A stretch of 64,000 nucleotides of DNA from Centroscyllium fabricii (taxonomy: Eukaryota): contig JBNRSN020000030.1 in the NCBI GenBank assembly GCA_051313645.2, forward strand, positions 37,944,001 to 38,008,000, written 5' to 3'. Below, piece by piece: positions 24,265-37,178 of this stretch (position 1 is its first letter; the number at the start of each line of letters is the position of its first letter). Position numbers and translations under genes: made by a program. The notes beneath the pieces are model-generated. The model was given only the letters and a program-made list of their open reading frames with translations. It made no database searches and was not told where the DNA came from.

Positions 24265-24978
24265 TGGTAATATATGCCTATAGAAGATTTTGGATTGCCT
24301 TTTATGTTATCTGTAATTCTATTCTCACAGCCTCTCTTTGCCCCTTAATTTGCTTCTCACTTCTCCTCTGAACTTTCTATATTTAGTCTGCTTCTCAGCT
24401 ATATTAGTTAGTTGAAGTTCCCGATTATCACTGCTCTATAGTTCGTAGTCAAATAGTCATAACGGCATCGAGTCTGTGCTGGCCTTCTGTAGAGTAATCC
24501 ACTCAGTCCCGTTCCCCCGCTCTTTCCCCGTAACATGCTACGTTTATTTCCCTCAAATGCCTATCCATTATTCACTTGAAAACAATGATTGTTTCCTGTT
24601 CCACCACTTCCGTCGGCAGGGAAATCCAGGTCCGCACTGCTCGTTGATGCAAAAGAAAGTTTTCCTAACGTCCAAACTGTACCTCTTGTCCAATACCTTA
24701 AATCTGTTTCCCCATGGTATTTAATATCAACACGTGGGACCTGCTTTTCCACGCCTAACCTAACTCATCATAATATAGCGGACCTCTGTCAGCTCACCCC
24801 CTAAAATCCGAAGTCTTAGAATACTCTTATGTAGCGCCTTGGGACGTTTTATTATGTTAAAGGGTCTATGTAATTACAAGTTGGTGTTAAAATGAAAACA
24901 AATGCAGCTTCTCCAGCTTGTCCTTCTATCAAAGATTCCCCCATCACAGGGATCATCCTGGTGAATCAATACTCTACC

Positions 24979-26622
24979 TGTTCTGTACCTGTAACATGCC
25001 GACAGCGACATCGAGATGCAAATCTTTCTTGTACTCCTGAATGACAGTCTTCTAAAGGTATGTGTCCTTTGACCTTCGACCTGTCAGCAACAGCAAGTAG
25101 TTTTGGAGGTAGTTTGCTGTGTATAAGCCAGAGCCCGCATCGTAGCCAGGCTTCTGGAATCTAATGCCATCTCGTTTCATGTGTTAGGCAAAACACAATG
25201 TCTGTGAATATCCTTGTTCAATAGTAATACAAACTACATCGTCTGTACTATATTTTGTTGATACTTTGTAATTAAGAAGTTTCTTAGCTGCCACATATTA
25301 AGGATCGGCCTCAATGGTGTTTATTTCTATAGTTACATATTTAACTGTATTCGGTTTCCATAGACAAGTTTGCTACATCTTGTATATCACCTACTGTTTT
25401 CACAGTTGGCATACCCCTTTAAGGCATCCATTTTGGAATTCTAGGTTTTGTTTCTCTGTTTTGGGTTCATAGTATCTTAATTAACTGTTTCACATACCTG
25501 TGTGTTCCTGGTTCTCATTGCCTGCAGCTTATTGGCTAGCACTAAATAATCTGGTTTGCCTGTTTGGCTTATAAGCTGGATGCTTTGACCAGGCAGGTGC
25601 GGGATCATTAGATTCAACTTACCACTAATCACTACGAACTACTGGAAGGAGTGGTTGCTGTTCTGAGCTCCTGGAGAGGCATTGGGTTTTGGGCCTTCCC
25701 CTGCCCTGTGAGGATGGATTCTCTCCTTCTGAAGACTCTGACGAGATGGGTTCCTGCTGACAGCGGACTCTGGGAGAGTTCCATTGCTCATCCTGGACAT
25801 TGCACTCTACCACTTGAAGCTCAGGTTTGGACATTCCATCTGTTTAGTAAGGGCGTTCCCCTGCTAGTAGCTCAGGTATTCTCTTTTCTGTGATCTCCGT
25901 TGGGTTAAGTCCCCGCGGTGGAGCGGACTATGAAGAGATCCAGAATCTACTTCCTGGACATTGGTCGTTATCACCCGAACTGAGGTTTGGACGTTTCAGA
26001 AGGGTATGTGGGGAGTTTTCCTTGTTTGTGAAGAAGGATTCTCTCTCAGAAGACTCCATTGGAGTGAGTTCCGGCTGTTGGGCGAACTCGGGAGTATTCC
26101 TAAATTCAACATCCTGGACATTGCACGCACCCACCTGAATTCAGGGTTGGACATGTATTTCATTATACTATGATGTGCTTGGCTGCGTAGCATTCCATGC
26201 AACTATGGGAAGTTTTGTACCAGTTCTGAAAATAACTTGTTTTCTGTTTCTAACTTTGTATGTAGTTCTGTAATAAGCTTGTGCCAGTTTTCTGTTGAAG
26301 ACTTGTTTAGATGTTTTATATATTTTGGTATGTATGGATGCATTTATTAGGGTTTTTGTAATTTATATTTCAATAAAGGAGTTCTATCTCTAGACAGCCT
26401 TTTCAGTGTCTTTGCATTTGGGCCCCACACCCCACCGTTACAACTGTATAGGATTTACCTTTATGTAAAGAACATATTTTGTTCTGTTACCGTTTCAAAA
26501 TTTTATTTGAGTAAAGCTTCAAAACAGACAAGACCTGTCTCCCGAGCAGTTATTTGAATAAGTGTTTAGCTGGCTGGATAAGCTAGATAGCATCTGCATC
26601 TAGCTGAAGCTGAACCAGTACA
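24979..26622. mobile_element. Solo LTR type A carrying nested solo LTR type B
   Basis: TGTTCTG...CCAGTACA|GTACC termini as in the other units. Confidence 0.65.
25398..26442 (+). mobile_element. Probable solo LTR type B (1045 bp)
   Basis: ACTGT duplicated on both sides and single in other units; ends CCGTTACA; TTATAA near 25569 and AATAAA at 26372; left end reads TT rather than TG. Confidence 0.7.
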
Positions 26623-27663
26623 GTACCCTCTATGGGCCTTCACATCCTTCCCAAAGTGTGGCGACATGATCTGGATGCAATAATCTGGTTGCGGCCTGAC
26701 CGGTGTTTTATAAACAATCAGATAACTTCTCTACATTTGTATTCAATACCTCAGTTTATGAAGCACAATATCCCACATGTTTTACCATCCACTCTGTCCA
26801 CATGACCTGCCACCTTCAAGGACCTATGCACATTAACTCCCAGGTACATCTCTCCCTGCACCATCTTCAAAACTGTGCCATTATGTGAATATTGGCTTTC
26901 GCTGTTTGTTCTGTCAAAATGTATCATCTCACACTTCTCTGTAGTAAATTCCATCTGCCACTTGTCTGCCATTCCGCAAGCCTGTCTATGACCTGCTGCA
27001 GTCGAGTGGTATTATCATCACTCTGTGTTACACCGCCAGGTTTGGTGCCGTGGACATATATAGAAATTCTGCTTTGTATTGCAATATCCAGGCCATTTCT
27101 AAATATCACAAAAGTCATGACACCAGCACTGCCACTTGGGGAACAACACTGTCTACCATCATCGAGTGTGATAAACAGCCACTTACCACAACTCGCTGTT
27201 TCTTATTCTTAAGCCAAATCCATATTCAAGCTGCCAGTGACCCACCTATTCCATCAGCCTCAATTTTGTTAACCAGCCTTCTATGCGGTAATTTGTCAAA
27301 CCCCTTACTAAAATTCTTGTCGACAAATTCCATGCATTTTATTCTGTGCAATCTTAAGCGAACATCCCCAGTTTTGTAATTATTTTGGAAGCAAGGTTAA
27401 TGCTGATCCAGCTGAAAATCGATGGGACTAGGAAACTGCCCTGCATCGACCCCTCATGAATTTGAAGAAATCTATCAGATCTCCTCGCAATCTTCTTTGT
27501 TCTAAGGAGAACAACGACAATTCTCCAGTCTACCCACGTAACTGAAGTCGCTCATTCCTCGGAACCTGCTTGTAAATCTTTACTACCATTCCATCCTCCC
27601 AAAAATGTTGTCCCCAGAATCCACCAGCTGAGGCCTCAGCAGTGATGTATAATGGATTAGCAC

Positions 27664-27925
27664 TGTGACCTTCAATAACGTCCACGGAGTCGTGTAGTTG
27701 ATAAGAAACAATCAGGCTTTTATTGACTACAATAGGAATGCACAACAGCAAGCTGAATGTCCCCTGGAATGGCATGGGGGATGGGGACTGTCACTTAAGT
27801 ACTCCCTCCAGCGGGGGAGGAGTCGTGGGCGGAGCCAGGTATGTTCCAGGTATCACAGTGGAATGCATTACAGGTATGGGTTACATGGTGATTAACTATA
27901 TACAGTGATATACACGTTTATCACA
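27664..27925 (-). repeat. 3' LTR of the Gypsy element
   Basis: TGTGA...TCACA termini; matches 32069-32330. Confidence 0.95.
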
Positions 27926-27939
27926 TTCACCCCTTCTTT
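27926..27939 (-). promoter_or_regulatory. Polypurine tract
   Basis: Minus strand AAAGAAGGGGTGAA immediately precedes the 3' LTR. Confidence 0.85.
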
Positions 27940-28045
27940 AAGAACGAAAATACAGCGGGGTGAAGGACTAACAATTACAAAGGTGATCAGAAAAAAAAAA
28001 AAATATATATACAAACGCAGTTCTTATGATTACAAGTTTAATCTA

Positions 28046-31000
28046 TCAGGCGCTCCCCCAGCCGAGTCTTTCAGGCGGTTTGGTTGTCCGCGTCGATCTT
28101 CGCACCGCTGGTGGCGCCTGTGGTGTTCGTGGTCGTGGAGCGGCTGGTTGTGTCGGTTGCTCCATTGATGCCGGTCGACTAGTGGTGGTTGTTATGTTAC
28201 TTCTGGGTGGCGGTGGTGCCCTTATTCTGACAGCAGGGGGCGCGTTCTCTCCTTCGTCCTCTGACTCTAGGGGGCGCGCGCAGTGGATCCAAGCTTGGGG
28301 CCAGGTCGTGCTGCTCGCAGGTGCCTTGTGAGCATACTGGGGTACTGGGGCCACGTGTCGGGGAGCGTACTTCGGCTTCGGCGGCATGGGGTGCGTCACA
28401 GGACATTGTGGGTGCGCGACCTGCTGGGCGGGGCTTCTTGGGAGCTCGGGCTGCCTGGCGGGGCTGGGTTTTGGGACTCCTGCTGGGGCTAGGTCCTTTA
28501 TAGACACGGTGTCCTCCCTCCCTCGGGGAACGCTATGTAGGCGTACTGGGGATTGGCGTGCAGGAGGTGGACCCGTTCGACTAGGGGATCTGCCTTGTGT
28601 CCCCTCACATGCTTCCGGAGCAAGACCGGTCCCGGAGAGAGTAGCCACGCTGGTAGCGAGGTCCCGGAAGCTGACTTCCTGGGGAAGGCAAAAAGTATTT
28701 CGTGAGGTGTGGCATTGGTGGCAGTACACAGGAGGGACCGGATAGAGTGGAGTGCTTCAGGGAGAACGTCCTGCCATCGGGTGACTGGGAGGTTTTTAGA
28801 CCGTAGGTCTAACTGGATGGCTTTCCAGACCGTGGCGTTCTCTCTCTCTACCTGCCCGTTCCCCCGGGGGTTGTAGCTGGTTGTCCTGCTGGTCGCGATG
28901 CCTTTCGCTAGCAGAAACTGACGCAGCTCGTCGCTCATAAAAGAGGCCCCCCGGTCACTATGGATATAGTTAGGGTACCCAAACAGGGAGAAAATGCTAT
29001 TGAGAGCCTTGCTGACGGTGGTGGAGGTCATGTCCTGGCAGGGAATAGCGAAGGGGAAGCGGGAGTACTCATCTATTACGTTAAGGAAGTACACATTCCT
29101 ATTAGATGAGGGAAGGGGCCCTTTAAAATCGACACTGAGTCTTTCAAAGGGGCGAGTGGCCTTGATCAAGTGTGCCCGGTCTGGCCGGTAGAAGTGCGGC
29201 TTGCACTCCACGCAGACCTGGCAGTTGCTGGTCATGGTCTTGACCTCCTCGATGGAGTAGGGGAGGTTGCGGGACTTCACAAAGTGAACCAACCTGGTGA
29301 CCCCCGGGTGGCAGAGGTCATTGTGGAGAGTTTGGAGAATGTCAGCCTGTGCGCTGGCACAGGTACCGTGGGATAGGGCATCTGGGGTTTCGTTAAATTT
29401 CCCGTGCCGGTACAAGATATCATAATTGAACGCTGATAGTTCAATTCTCCACCTTAGTATCTTGTCGTTCTTTATTTTACCCCGTTCTTTGTTATTAAAC
29501 ATGAATGCGACTGATCGTTGGTCAGTCAACAGGGTAAAACGCTTGCCGGCCAGGTAGTGCTTCCAGTGCCGCACTGCTTCAACAATGGCCTGGGCCTCCT
29601 TTTCAACTGAGGAATGGCGAGTTTCGGGGCCTTGGAGGGTACGTGAAAAGAAGGCCACGGGTCTGCCCGCCTGGTTAAGGGTGGCGGCCAGGGCAAAGTC
29701 CGATGCATCACTCTCCACTTGGAATGGGACGGACTCATCCACAGCGTGCATCGTGGCTTTGGCAATATCGTTTTTAATTCTGCAGAACGCCGAGTTGGCT
29801 TCTGCAGAAAGGGGAAAAGAGGTCGATTTAAGTAGTGGGCGAGCTTTGTCCGCATAATTGGGGACCCACTGGGCATAATAGGCAAAGAATCCCACACACC
29901 GTTTAAGAGCTTTGGGGGAGTGGGGGAGGGGAAGCTCCATGAGGGGACGCATGCGGTCCGGGTCTGGACCGATGACTCCATTCTCCACCACGCTGCCGAT
30001 GATGGCTAGGCGGGTGGTGTTAAACACACATTTCTCCTTGTTATATGTTAGGTTCAGAGTTTTGGCCGTAAGGAGAAATTTTTGGAGATTATCATTATGG
30101 TCCTGCTGATCATGGCCGCAGATGGTCACGTTATCAAGATACGGGAATGTCGCTCGCAGCCCGTACTGATCAACCATTCGGTCCATCTCCCTCTGGAAGA
30201 CCGAGACCCCGTTTGTGACGCCAAACGGAACCCTGAGGAAGTGGTAAAGGCGACCGTCAGCCTCAAAAGCTATATAAGGACGGTCCTCTGGGCAGATGGG
30301 AAGCTGGTGATAAGCAGATTTTAAATCGATTGTGGAGTACACTTTAAATTGTGCGATTTGGTTCACCATGTCCGCTATCCGGGGGAGAGGGTAGGCATCT
30401 AGTTGGGTGAACCGGTTTATGGTCTGGCTGTAATCCACCACCATCCTATTCTTCTCTCCGATTTTTACTACCACTACCTGTGCTCTCCAGGGGCTATTAC
30501 TGGCCTCTATGACCCCCTCTTTTAGGAGGCGCTGCACCTCAGATTTTATAAATATCATGTCCTCAGCACTGTAGCGCCTACTTTTGGTGGCGACGGGCTT
30601 AAAGTCTGGGGTGAGGTTCGCAAATAGAGATGGAGGGGCAACCTTAAGGGTTGAGAGGCCACAGGTAGTGTACCCCCAGTACCGCCTTGAGCCGCGGTTC
30701 CTGACCGTGTGTGAGGGAAGGGGTCTGCCGAATGCCATAGTAACGCTCCGAAGATGGCACTAAAAATCCAGTCCCAGGAGTAGGGGGGCGCAGAGCTGCG
30801 GCAGCACGTAAAAACTAAAATCCTTAAACATAGCGCCCTGTACATTAAGCATTACAGTACAGCGCCCTGTAACGTCAGCGGATTCTGACTTTGATGCCAT
30901 AGATATTCTCTGGCGCGCAGGGATTACTTTAAGGGAGAGGCGCTTTACAGTATTTGGGTGAACAAAACTTACTGTGCTCCCACTGTCGAACAGGCACACC

Positions 31001-31209
31001 ACCTCTTCATCATTGACTTCCACCGGCATCATTGATTTCTCCAGTGGTTGAATCTTCCTCTGGTCTAGGCTCATCGATGCTAGCACAGGGTCCTCCGAGT
31101 TATCTTGATCCGGAGAGTAGTCCTCCGAGTCTGCTCCCCAAGATGGCTGCCGCCATGTGTTGGGCTGTGGAGATGGAGTCTGAGTCCAAGATGGCCGCTG
31201 TAGCTGCTG
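28046..31209 (-). pseudogene. pol: pol (protease, RT, RNase H, integrase) with one nonsense codon and one frameshift
   Basis: LFDSGS protease; YLDN RT motif; ESDASD RNase H; H-H-C-C and D,D,E integrase (VDF, SDRG, GQVER). In-frame TAG at 30760-30762; frameshift near 28520 moves the tail (EDTVSIKDLAP...RRSTRTTKPPERL) to another frame. Confidence 0.93.
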
Positions 31210-32049
31210 CTATGAGGGCTGCTGAGTGGGGGATAGGTGAGCCCAATGTGGCTGCTCCCCTGTTCCACACGCAGCGCTGCCCAGTTTAGATTTAAAGTTA
31301 GAGCTAGAGTTTTTACAGACCTTTGCATAATGTCCCTTTTTGTCGCATTTTGAACAGGTCGCTTCTCTGGCAGGGCAGCTGCGTCTTGAATGTTGAGGTT
31401 GCCCACAGAAGTAGCATCTAGCTTTAGCGTGGGCAGCTGTGAGTAGTTCTTCTGCCGGTCGTTGCACCGGCGTTGTCCAAGATTGCGGGGCTGGGCCCGT
31501 ATAATTACTTGAGTATGAGGATAAGTCCATTGATGCGCTATCCAGCGCGTGTCCCAAGTCTGTGGTCGCCTGTAAATCCTGGCCGTTCTGCTCCAGCAGT
31601 CTCTGTCTGGCATAGTCCGATTTTAGACCAGTTACGTAGGCGTCTCTGATGAGGCTCTCCATATGAACTTGAGCCGTTTGCGCTTTGCAATCACAGTCCC
31701 GAGCCAGAGTTCTGAGGGCTCTTAGGAACTGCACACTTGATTCGTTGTTCTGTTGCTTTCTAGTAGCAAGTATGTGTCTCGTGTGGACTATGTTCGGTGC
31801 CTGCTTATATTCCGCCTCGAGGAGTCTGATGGCCTCTTGGAACGATGGGGTGTCCACTGTCATTGAGTACATTTGAGGGCCCACTCGGGCGTTGAAGAGT
31901 CGCCGATTTTGCTCCTCGGTCACTATGACCGCCGCGTTGGCTCTGATGTACCCTTCGAGTACGTTTCTCCAGTGTGAGAAGGCGTTTGCTGCTCCTGAAG
32001 ATCGGGGGTCAACTTCGAACACTGATGGTTTAAGCATTGCAGTATCCAT
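31210..32049 (-). pseudogene. gag: gag of the Gypsy element, in frame with pol
   Basis: 279 aa with double zinc knuckle CYFCGQPQHSRRSC / CSKCDKKGHYAKVC; the TAG at 31210 sits in a PSW repeat, so it is probably TGG>TAG. Confidence 0.9.
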
Positions 32050-32068
32050 TTCCAGTTGTCAATAAAAT

Positions 32069-32330
32069 TGTGACCTTCAATAACGTCCACGGAGTCGTGT
32101 AGTTGATAAGAATCAATCAGGCTTTTATTGACTACAATAGGAATGCACAACAGCAAGCTGACTGTCCCCTGGAATGGCATGGGGGATGGGGACAGTCACT
32201 TAAGTACTCCCTCCAGCGGGGGAGGAGTCGTGGGCGGAGCCAGGTATGTTCCAGGTATCACAGTGGAATGCATTACAGGTATGGGTTACATGGTGATTAA
32301 CTATATACAGTGATATACACGTTTATCACA
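32069..32330 (-). repeat. 5' LTR of the Gypsy element
   Basis: 262 bp; AATAAA on the minus strand; gag ATG lies 20 nt downstream. Confidence 0.95.
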
Positions 32331-32664
32331 AGCATTACTGTCTTGCTGTTGTAATCTATTGCTCTATTAATAAAGCCAAGTATCCCGTGTGCTTTTTAAA
32401 AGCCTTCTCAACTTGTCCCGCCACCTTCAACGATAGAGAAATCTTTGGTAAATCCAGGTCTCTCTGTTCCTGCACAGGAATTAAAATTGAATCATTTAGT
32501 TTATATTGCCTCAGTTCATTCTTCCCCTAAAAGTGGATCACTTCACATTTCATTTCTCTGTGTTAAATTACATTGGCTATGCCTCTGCCCATTTCTCAAC
32601 TCTGTCGATGTCCTCATGAAGTCTGATACTTTCCGTGTCATTATTTACTACATTTCTGAGTTTC

Positions 32665-33068
32665 ATAGAAACATAGAAACTAGGAGCAGGAGTAGGCCAT
32701 TCGGCCCTTCGAGCCTGCTCCGGCATTCAATGAGATCATTCTGAGCATCCAAACCCAGTATCCCGCCCCTGCCCTCTCCCCATATCCCTCGATCCATATT
32801 GAGCCTGCATTAACACATATCCCACCCTATTCCCGTAACCCCACATATTCAATCCCCCTAACACTAAGGGTCACTTTATCATGGCCAATCAACCTAACCC
32901 GCAGATCTTTGGACTGTGGGAGGGAACCGGAGCACCCGCAGGAAACCCACGCAGACACGGGGAGAATGTGCAAACTCCACACAGATAGTACCCGAGGCTG
33001 GATTTTAACCCGGGTCTCCAGTGCTGTGAGGCAACAACGCTAACCACTGTGCCACCGTGCCGCCCACC
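32665..33068 (-). mobile_element. HE1-like V-SINE with GTTTC TSD
   Basis: tRNA head, V-domain and CR1 tail; the same insertion is at 62993; empty site at ~55335. Confidence 0.9.
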
Positions 33069-33900
33069 GTTTCCTGCCACATGCAAACTTTGAACGTATG
33101 CCGAGTATACACAAGTCCAGGTCATTAATATATATCGAAAGGAGCAGGGGTCCTGATTCCGACCCCTGGGGAACACCTCTCTATAATTCCCTCCAGTCTG
33201 AAAATTAACCGTTCACCAATATTTACAATTAACACACGAGCACAGCATCGTGCTCATTCTATAAATACCCATTTATATATAAACACCAGACCCATATACA
33301 CAACAACAAAAACACCTTGCATATATATAGCGCCTTTAACTTATTAAAACGTCCCAATACATTTCACAAGCGCGATTCTCAGACAGAATGTGACACCGAG
33401 CCACATAAGGACATATTAGGACAGGTGACCGAAAGCTTGGTCAAAGTTGTAGATTTTAAGGAGCGTCTTAAAGGAGGAAGGAATCGATGAGGTTCAGGGA
33501 GGGAACTCCAGAGCTTCGGGCCTCGGCTCACACACCCACACTTTATATTTTTACACCGCCCTCTGCCAGTTCTGAATATTGTTTCCCGCCGCAAGTTTAA
33601 TTGATTTTCAGAAGTTGCTCAACCTGTTGTGTATTTTGAGCAGTTTCCCAGTTGATTTCCCTGTGATGTGATAATTGTGGGGGCTCGGTGCCGGTAATTG
33701 GATTTGCTGCAGTCCGCCGGCAGCAGGTGGTGAAAGCGGACGGGAGACGGTGAGTGACAGGTGAGAGCTGCTTCTGATGCTGACTGACACCCGGTGGGAG
33801 TGGGCGGGGATTTTAAAGGTCTTTCATTACACCAAGGCAGGAGGAAGGAATCTGTGTTTCAGGAACGTGCATATATAAAAACATGCATGGTGTGCATGTG

Positions 33901-33972
33901 GACATCGTGGCGCAACGGTAGCGCGTCTGACTCCAGATCTGAAGGCTGCGTGTTCAAATCACATCGATGTCA
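33901..33972 (+). pseudogene. tRNA-Trp(CCA), mutated (probable pseudogene)
   Basis: Perfect GACATCG/CGATGTC acceptor; T:T mismatch in the anticodon stem and C:A mismatch in the T stem. Confidence 0.82.
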
Positions 33973-34239
33973 TTACTATACTCGATAATCCCGGAGTTAG
34001 AATTTTCTTTGCTGGTCACAATAACCAAATTATTTCTCTAAAGTCGTTCTCACTCTTTCCCCCAATGTCAGGGAGAGAAGCGCCTGATACTCTCATGTAT
34101 TTAATTTTACTAATTCACAAATACAGGTGTTCGTTCAAAATCAAACTGCAGGTGGCCACACATGAGATAAACAGAGCCGGAGAGATAGACAGAATCGGGA
34201 AACACCGGGAAATAGGCAAGATATATTGACAAGCAGAAG

Positions 34240-34491
34240 TTTCCGAGATCAGAACCTGTCATTATTGATGAAGAACGGGATCCTGTCTCAAAAACTATCA
34301 GCACAGCGCTGGATATACTGGGGTTTATAAAGATTGCTGATATTACCAGCCCACCTGTCCTCTCTCGACACTTGGTTCTACCCATAGCCCTGAATAAAGA
34401 AGCTAATTACCTGGGGAGTGAATTACCTGAAGAAACTGAAGGTGAGAACTCTGCTTCTCAGATTGCTGGAAAGATGCCGTAGTTTTGTGTT
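34240..34491 (+). pseudogene. INTS14: INTS14 coding fragment (80 open codons, no start)
   Basis: FPRSEPVIIDEERDPVSKTISTALDILGFIKIADITSPPVLSRHLVLPIALNKE...QIAGKMP*FCV. Confidence 0.87.
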
Positions 34492-35292
34492 TAAATGCGC
34501 TTTGCGATCAGAACATTGCCTGAAGCCCTGTGGTTAATGAAAGGGCTTTTCATACTTGATTTCTTTACACACTTTTTGAATTCTGGAGAACCTTATTCGT
34601 GGTTTGCAGAACAAGTTAAACACCTGGAACTGAGTAAGCAGACGCCTGGCTGCAATCAGAGCCAAAGACGTTCAAAGTGATCAGACGCGCCGAGCTCAGT
34701 CGGCAGAGTTTGAGACTCTTAATGTCATGTTCCTTGTTTCCAGCCCCATGTTGGGCCAAAACATTTTGTTGAACGTTAATGTTGCTTCCACGGGAAAGCG
34801 TCATTAATTAACCGATAATCTTCTTTTGCGCAATGAAAGAAATGCTAACTGAGGGAGATGCGACATTTCAGTAATGTGTGCGGTTGCCCATATCTCATTT
34901 TACAAACTGCAATTTAGGAGTCTCATTTAAACATGTGCATTGCTGACGACCCCAGGAATCTGGGGAAATTTGATCAAATTTTACAAGACCGGCTATTTCT
35001 ATTTCTACAGGAAATAGAATCTGTCGTAAACAGAAAATCCCATTTTGCTGAATTTCAGATTCAACGCAATCACCTTTAAAATAGGATGACATTATTTTAC
35101 AGTGAAAAGATTTGGAAGTAAGTGTTACTCGTATTTGTGCCTTTAATTACAGTTTGTGTCCTCTGACTCCCGCTCATATCTCTTGTTCCTCTGTTGAGTA
35201 AGAAAGGAGGGTCTTGAGGTTGACCAGACTGCACTGGCCCTGATATTTCTGAGCTCATCCTTTATATTGAGCGGTTTCTCACACATTGATCG

Positions 35293-35382
35293 ACGTCAGC
35301 TTCAGCCCAGCAGTTACTTCCCAGCATCAACTTAAATCTGAGTTCGAACCCTGTCTCACCGCGGGCGCTGTCTGGCGTTTTT
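35293..35382 (+). pseudogene. Vault RNA gene copy 3, box A mutated
   Basis: GCTTCAGCCCAGCAGTTACTTC...GTTCGAACCC...CCGCGGGCGCTGTCTGGCGTTTTT. Confidence 0.85.
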
Positions 35383-37096
35383 ATTTTAAATTTCTTTTAC
35401 ACCGAAACAAAATTTTCCCATGATTTTAATTTAACAGTGTGATATATTTAGAGGATGACTTAAACGATTCGCAACCCATTCAAATCAGAGCTGACGCACT
35501 GTTTCTATCCCAGTTAGGGACTTAATTTGATATCAACATTTTAATTTAATTAATGCGAAGTAATTTTATCAATTTAATAGCATGCATCTAATGTGATAAA
35601 ATTTGAATTGACTTAATAAACATTAGAGACCCAATAACTTTATTTTGCAAAATGAAAGACGTTAAATTGTGGTTAATGAGGGACAATGGAAACTTCAGTC
35701 TTTGAATTTGCTCTTGCATGTACTGAAAGTTTAACACATATCTCATTTTATACAACGAATTTCAGGAGAATGGTTTAAAATGTTCGTTGGTTGTGAAAGC
35801 AGGGGGCTGGGGCAACGTTTGTTAATTTAACAGGACCGGCTGTTTCACAGAATATAAATAGTCACTGACATCGTTTTTACAGACCATACAGTGAGCGATC
35901 ATTCTCAGAGCAAAAGTGGATGATCTGACACTTGCCCACGTTGAACTCCATGGATCGCTATTCAGGGGAGATCTTATGGAATTGTTCCAAATTATGGGGA
36001 ACAGTTTCCTCTGGCATGTGTGTCAGCAGGTCTATAGGGGAAGAGCTGCGGAGTGGGACTAATTGGAAAGCTCTTTCAACGATGCAATATGAATTGTTAT
36101 TTTTAATCTGCGATTGATAGATTTTTTTAGTAAATATATTAAATGCTCATTCAAATCTGTGAGACATTTATAATTGTTTCAATCATCACTAATTAACCCA
36201 CATACCGTGTTGCTCACTGCAGGGTTTGCTAAGAAGGTTACTGGATGACAGACAAACATTAATAACTTATTAGAGAATCCTAGAATCAGACAGCACAGAA
36301 AGAGACCATTCGGACTATGGTGTCTGTGCCGGCTCATTGAAAGGGGCGATCCAAATATTCCCAATTACCAACTCTTTTCCCAAAGTGTTTATTTTTCAAT
36401 TTATTTCCCATTTGAATGTTATTATTGAATCAGCTTTCACCACCATGTCTGGCAGAAAAATATTGACATCAATGTTATCCAAGTCTCATTTCGCACAATA
36501 CTTTCCCTGCTTTGCATGTCATGAAGTTTTATCCCTTCTCATGTTGCACACTCTATTTTAGCAATTTAAATAAAATGTTCGGCGATTGTGACATTAGCCA
36601 TTCTTACATTTTAAATAATTGCATCCGCTTTCCTGGGAAACCTCTACCACAAAATGGTGTGGCTGCACATTCATTGAGTATATTCAAGGCTGTGATCGAT
36701 GGATGTTGGGACTGTGGTGGATTCAAGGGATATGGCGATAGTCAGGAAAGTGGACTGGAGGTCGAAGGTCAGCCATGATCTTATTGAATGGCGGAGCAGG
36801 CTCGATGGGCCGTGTGGTCTGCACCCGCTCTTATTTCTTCCGTTGTCATGTTCTTATGTCTTTTCACATGAGAGCAAACTCGCCTTTGGACAAGCATGAG
36901 GAGCAAATTGCAACAACATGTGTCCGCGAACGTGATATCTCCCGCACTGCGGAACCATCTCCACTTTCAATACCAGGTCTGATGGAAATGTTCAGCGAGC
37001 AGGTGAACCGCTGAATATCACTTTGGAGGAGTTCCCAAAGCGCATTACAGGGGCGGCAAAAGAAATGATTTTCACTTAATAATTAAATACAGAGAA

Positions 37097-37178
37097 TGTC
37101 AGAAGTGCGATTGGAACCGAAGCTTCCAGAAGAAGTTCGATCTAAATACAGCGCCTTAGACCGCTCGGCCCCGCTGAC
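37097..37178 (-). pseudogene. tRNA-Leu pseudogene
   Basis: GTCAGCGGGGCCGAGCGGTCTAAGGCGCTG...GGTTCCAATCGCACTTCTGACA. Confidence 0.85.

Larger units (their letters stand above)
27664..32330 (-). mobile_element. Full-length Gypsy/Ty3 (Mag-like) LTR retrotransposon
   Basis: Two 262-bp TG..CA LTRs with 3 differences, AGCAC/AGCAT target duplication, gag-PR-RT-RNaseH-IN order, polypurine tract next to the 3' LTR. Confidence 0.97.

Noticed and set aside
28046-28729. 227-aa proline-rich ORF as an env-like or accessory gene
   Set aside because: Its downstream part is the normal integrase tail displaced by a frameshift near 28520; no signal peptide or transmembrane segment is visible.
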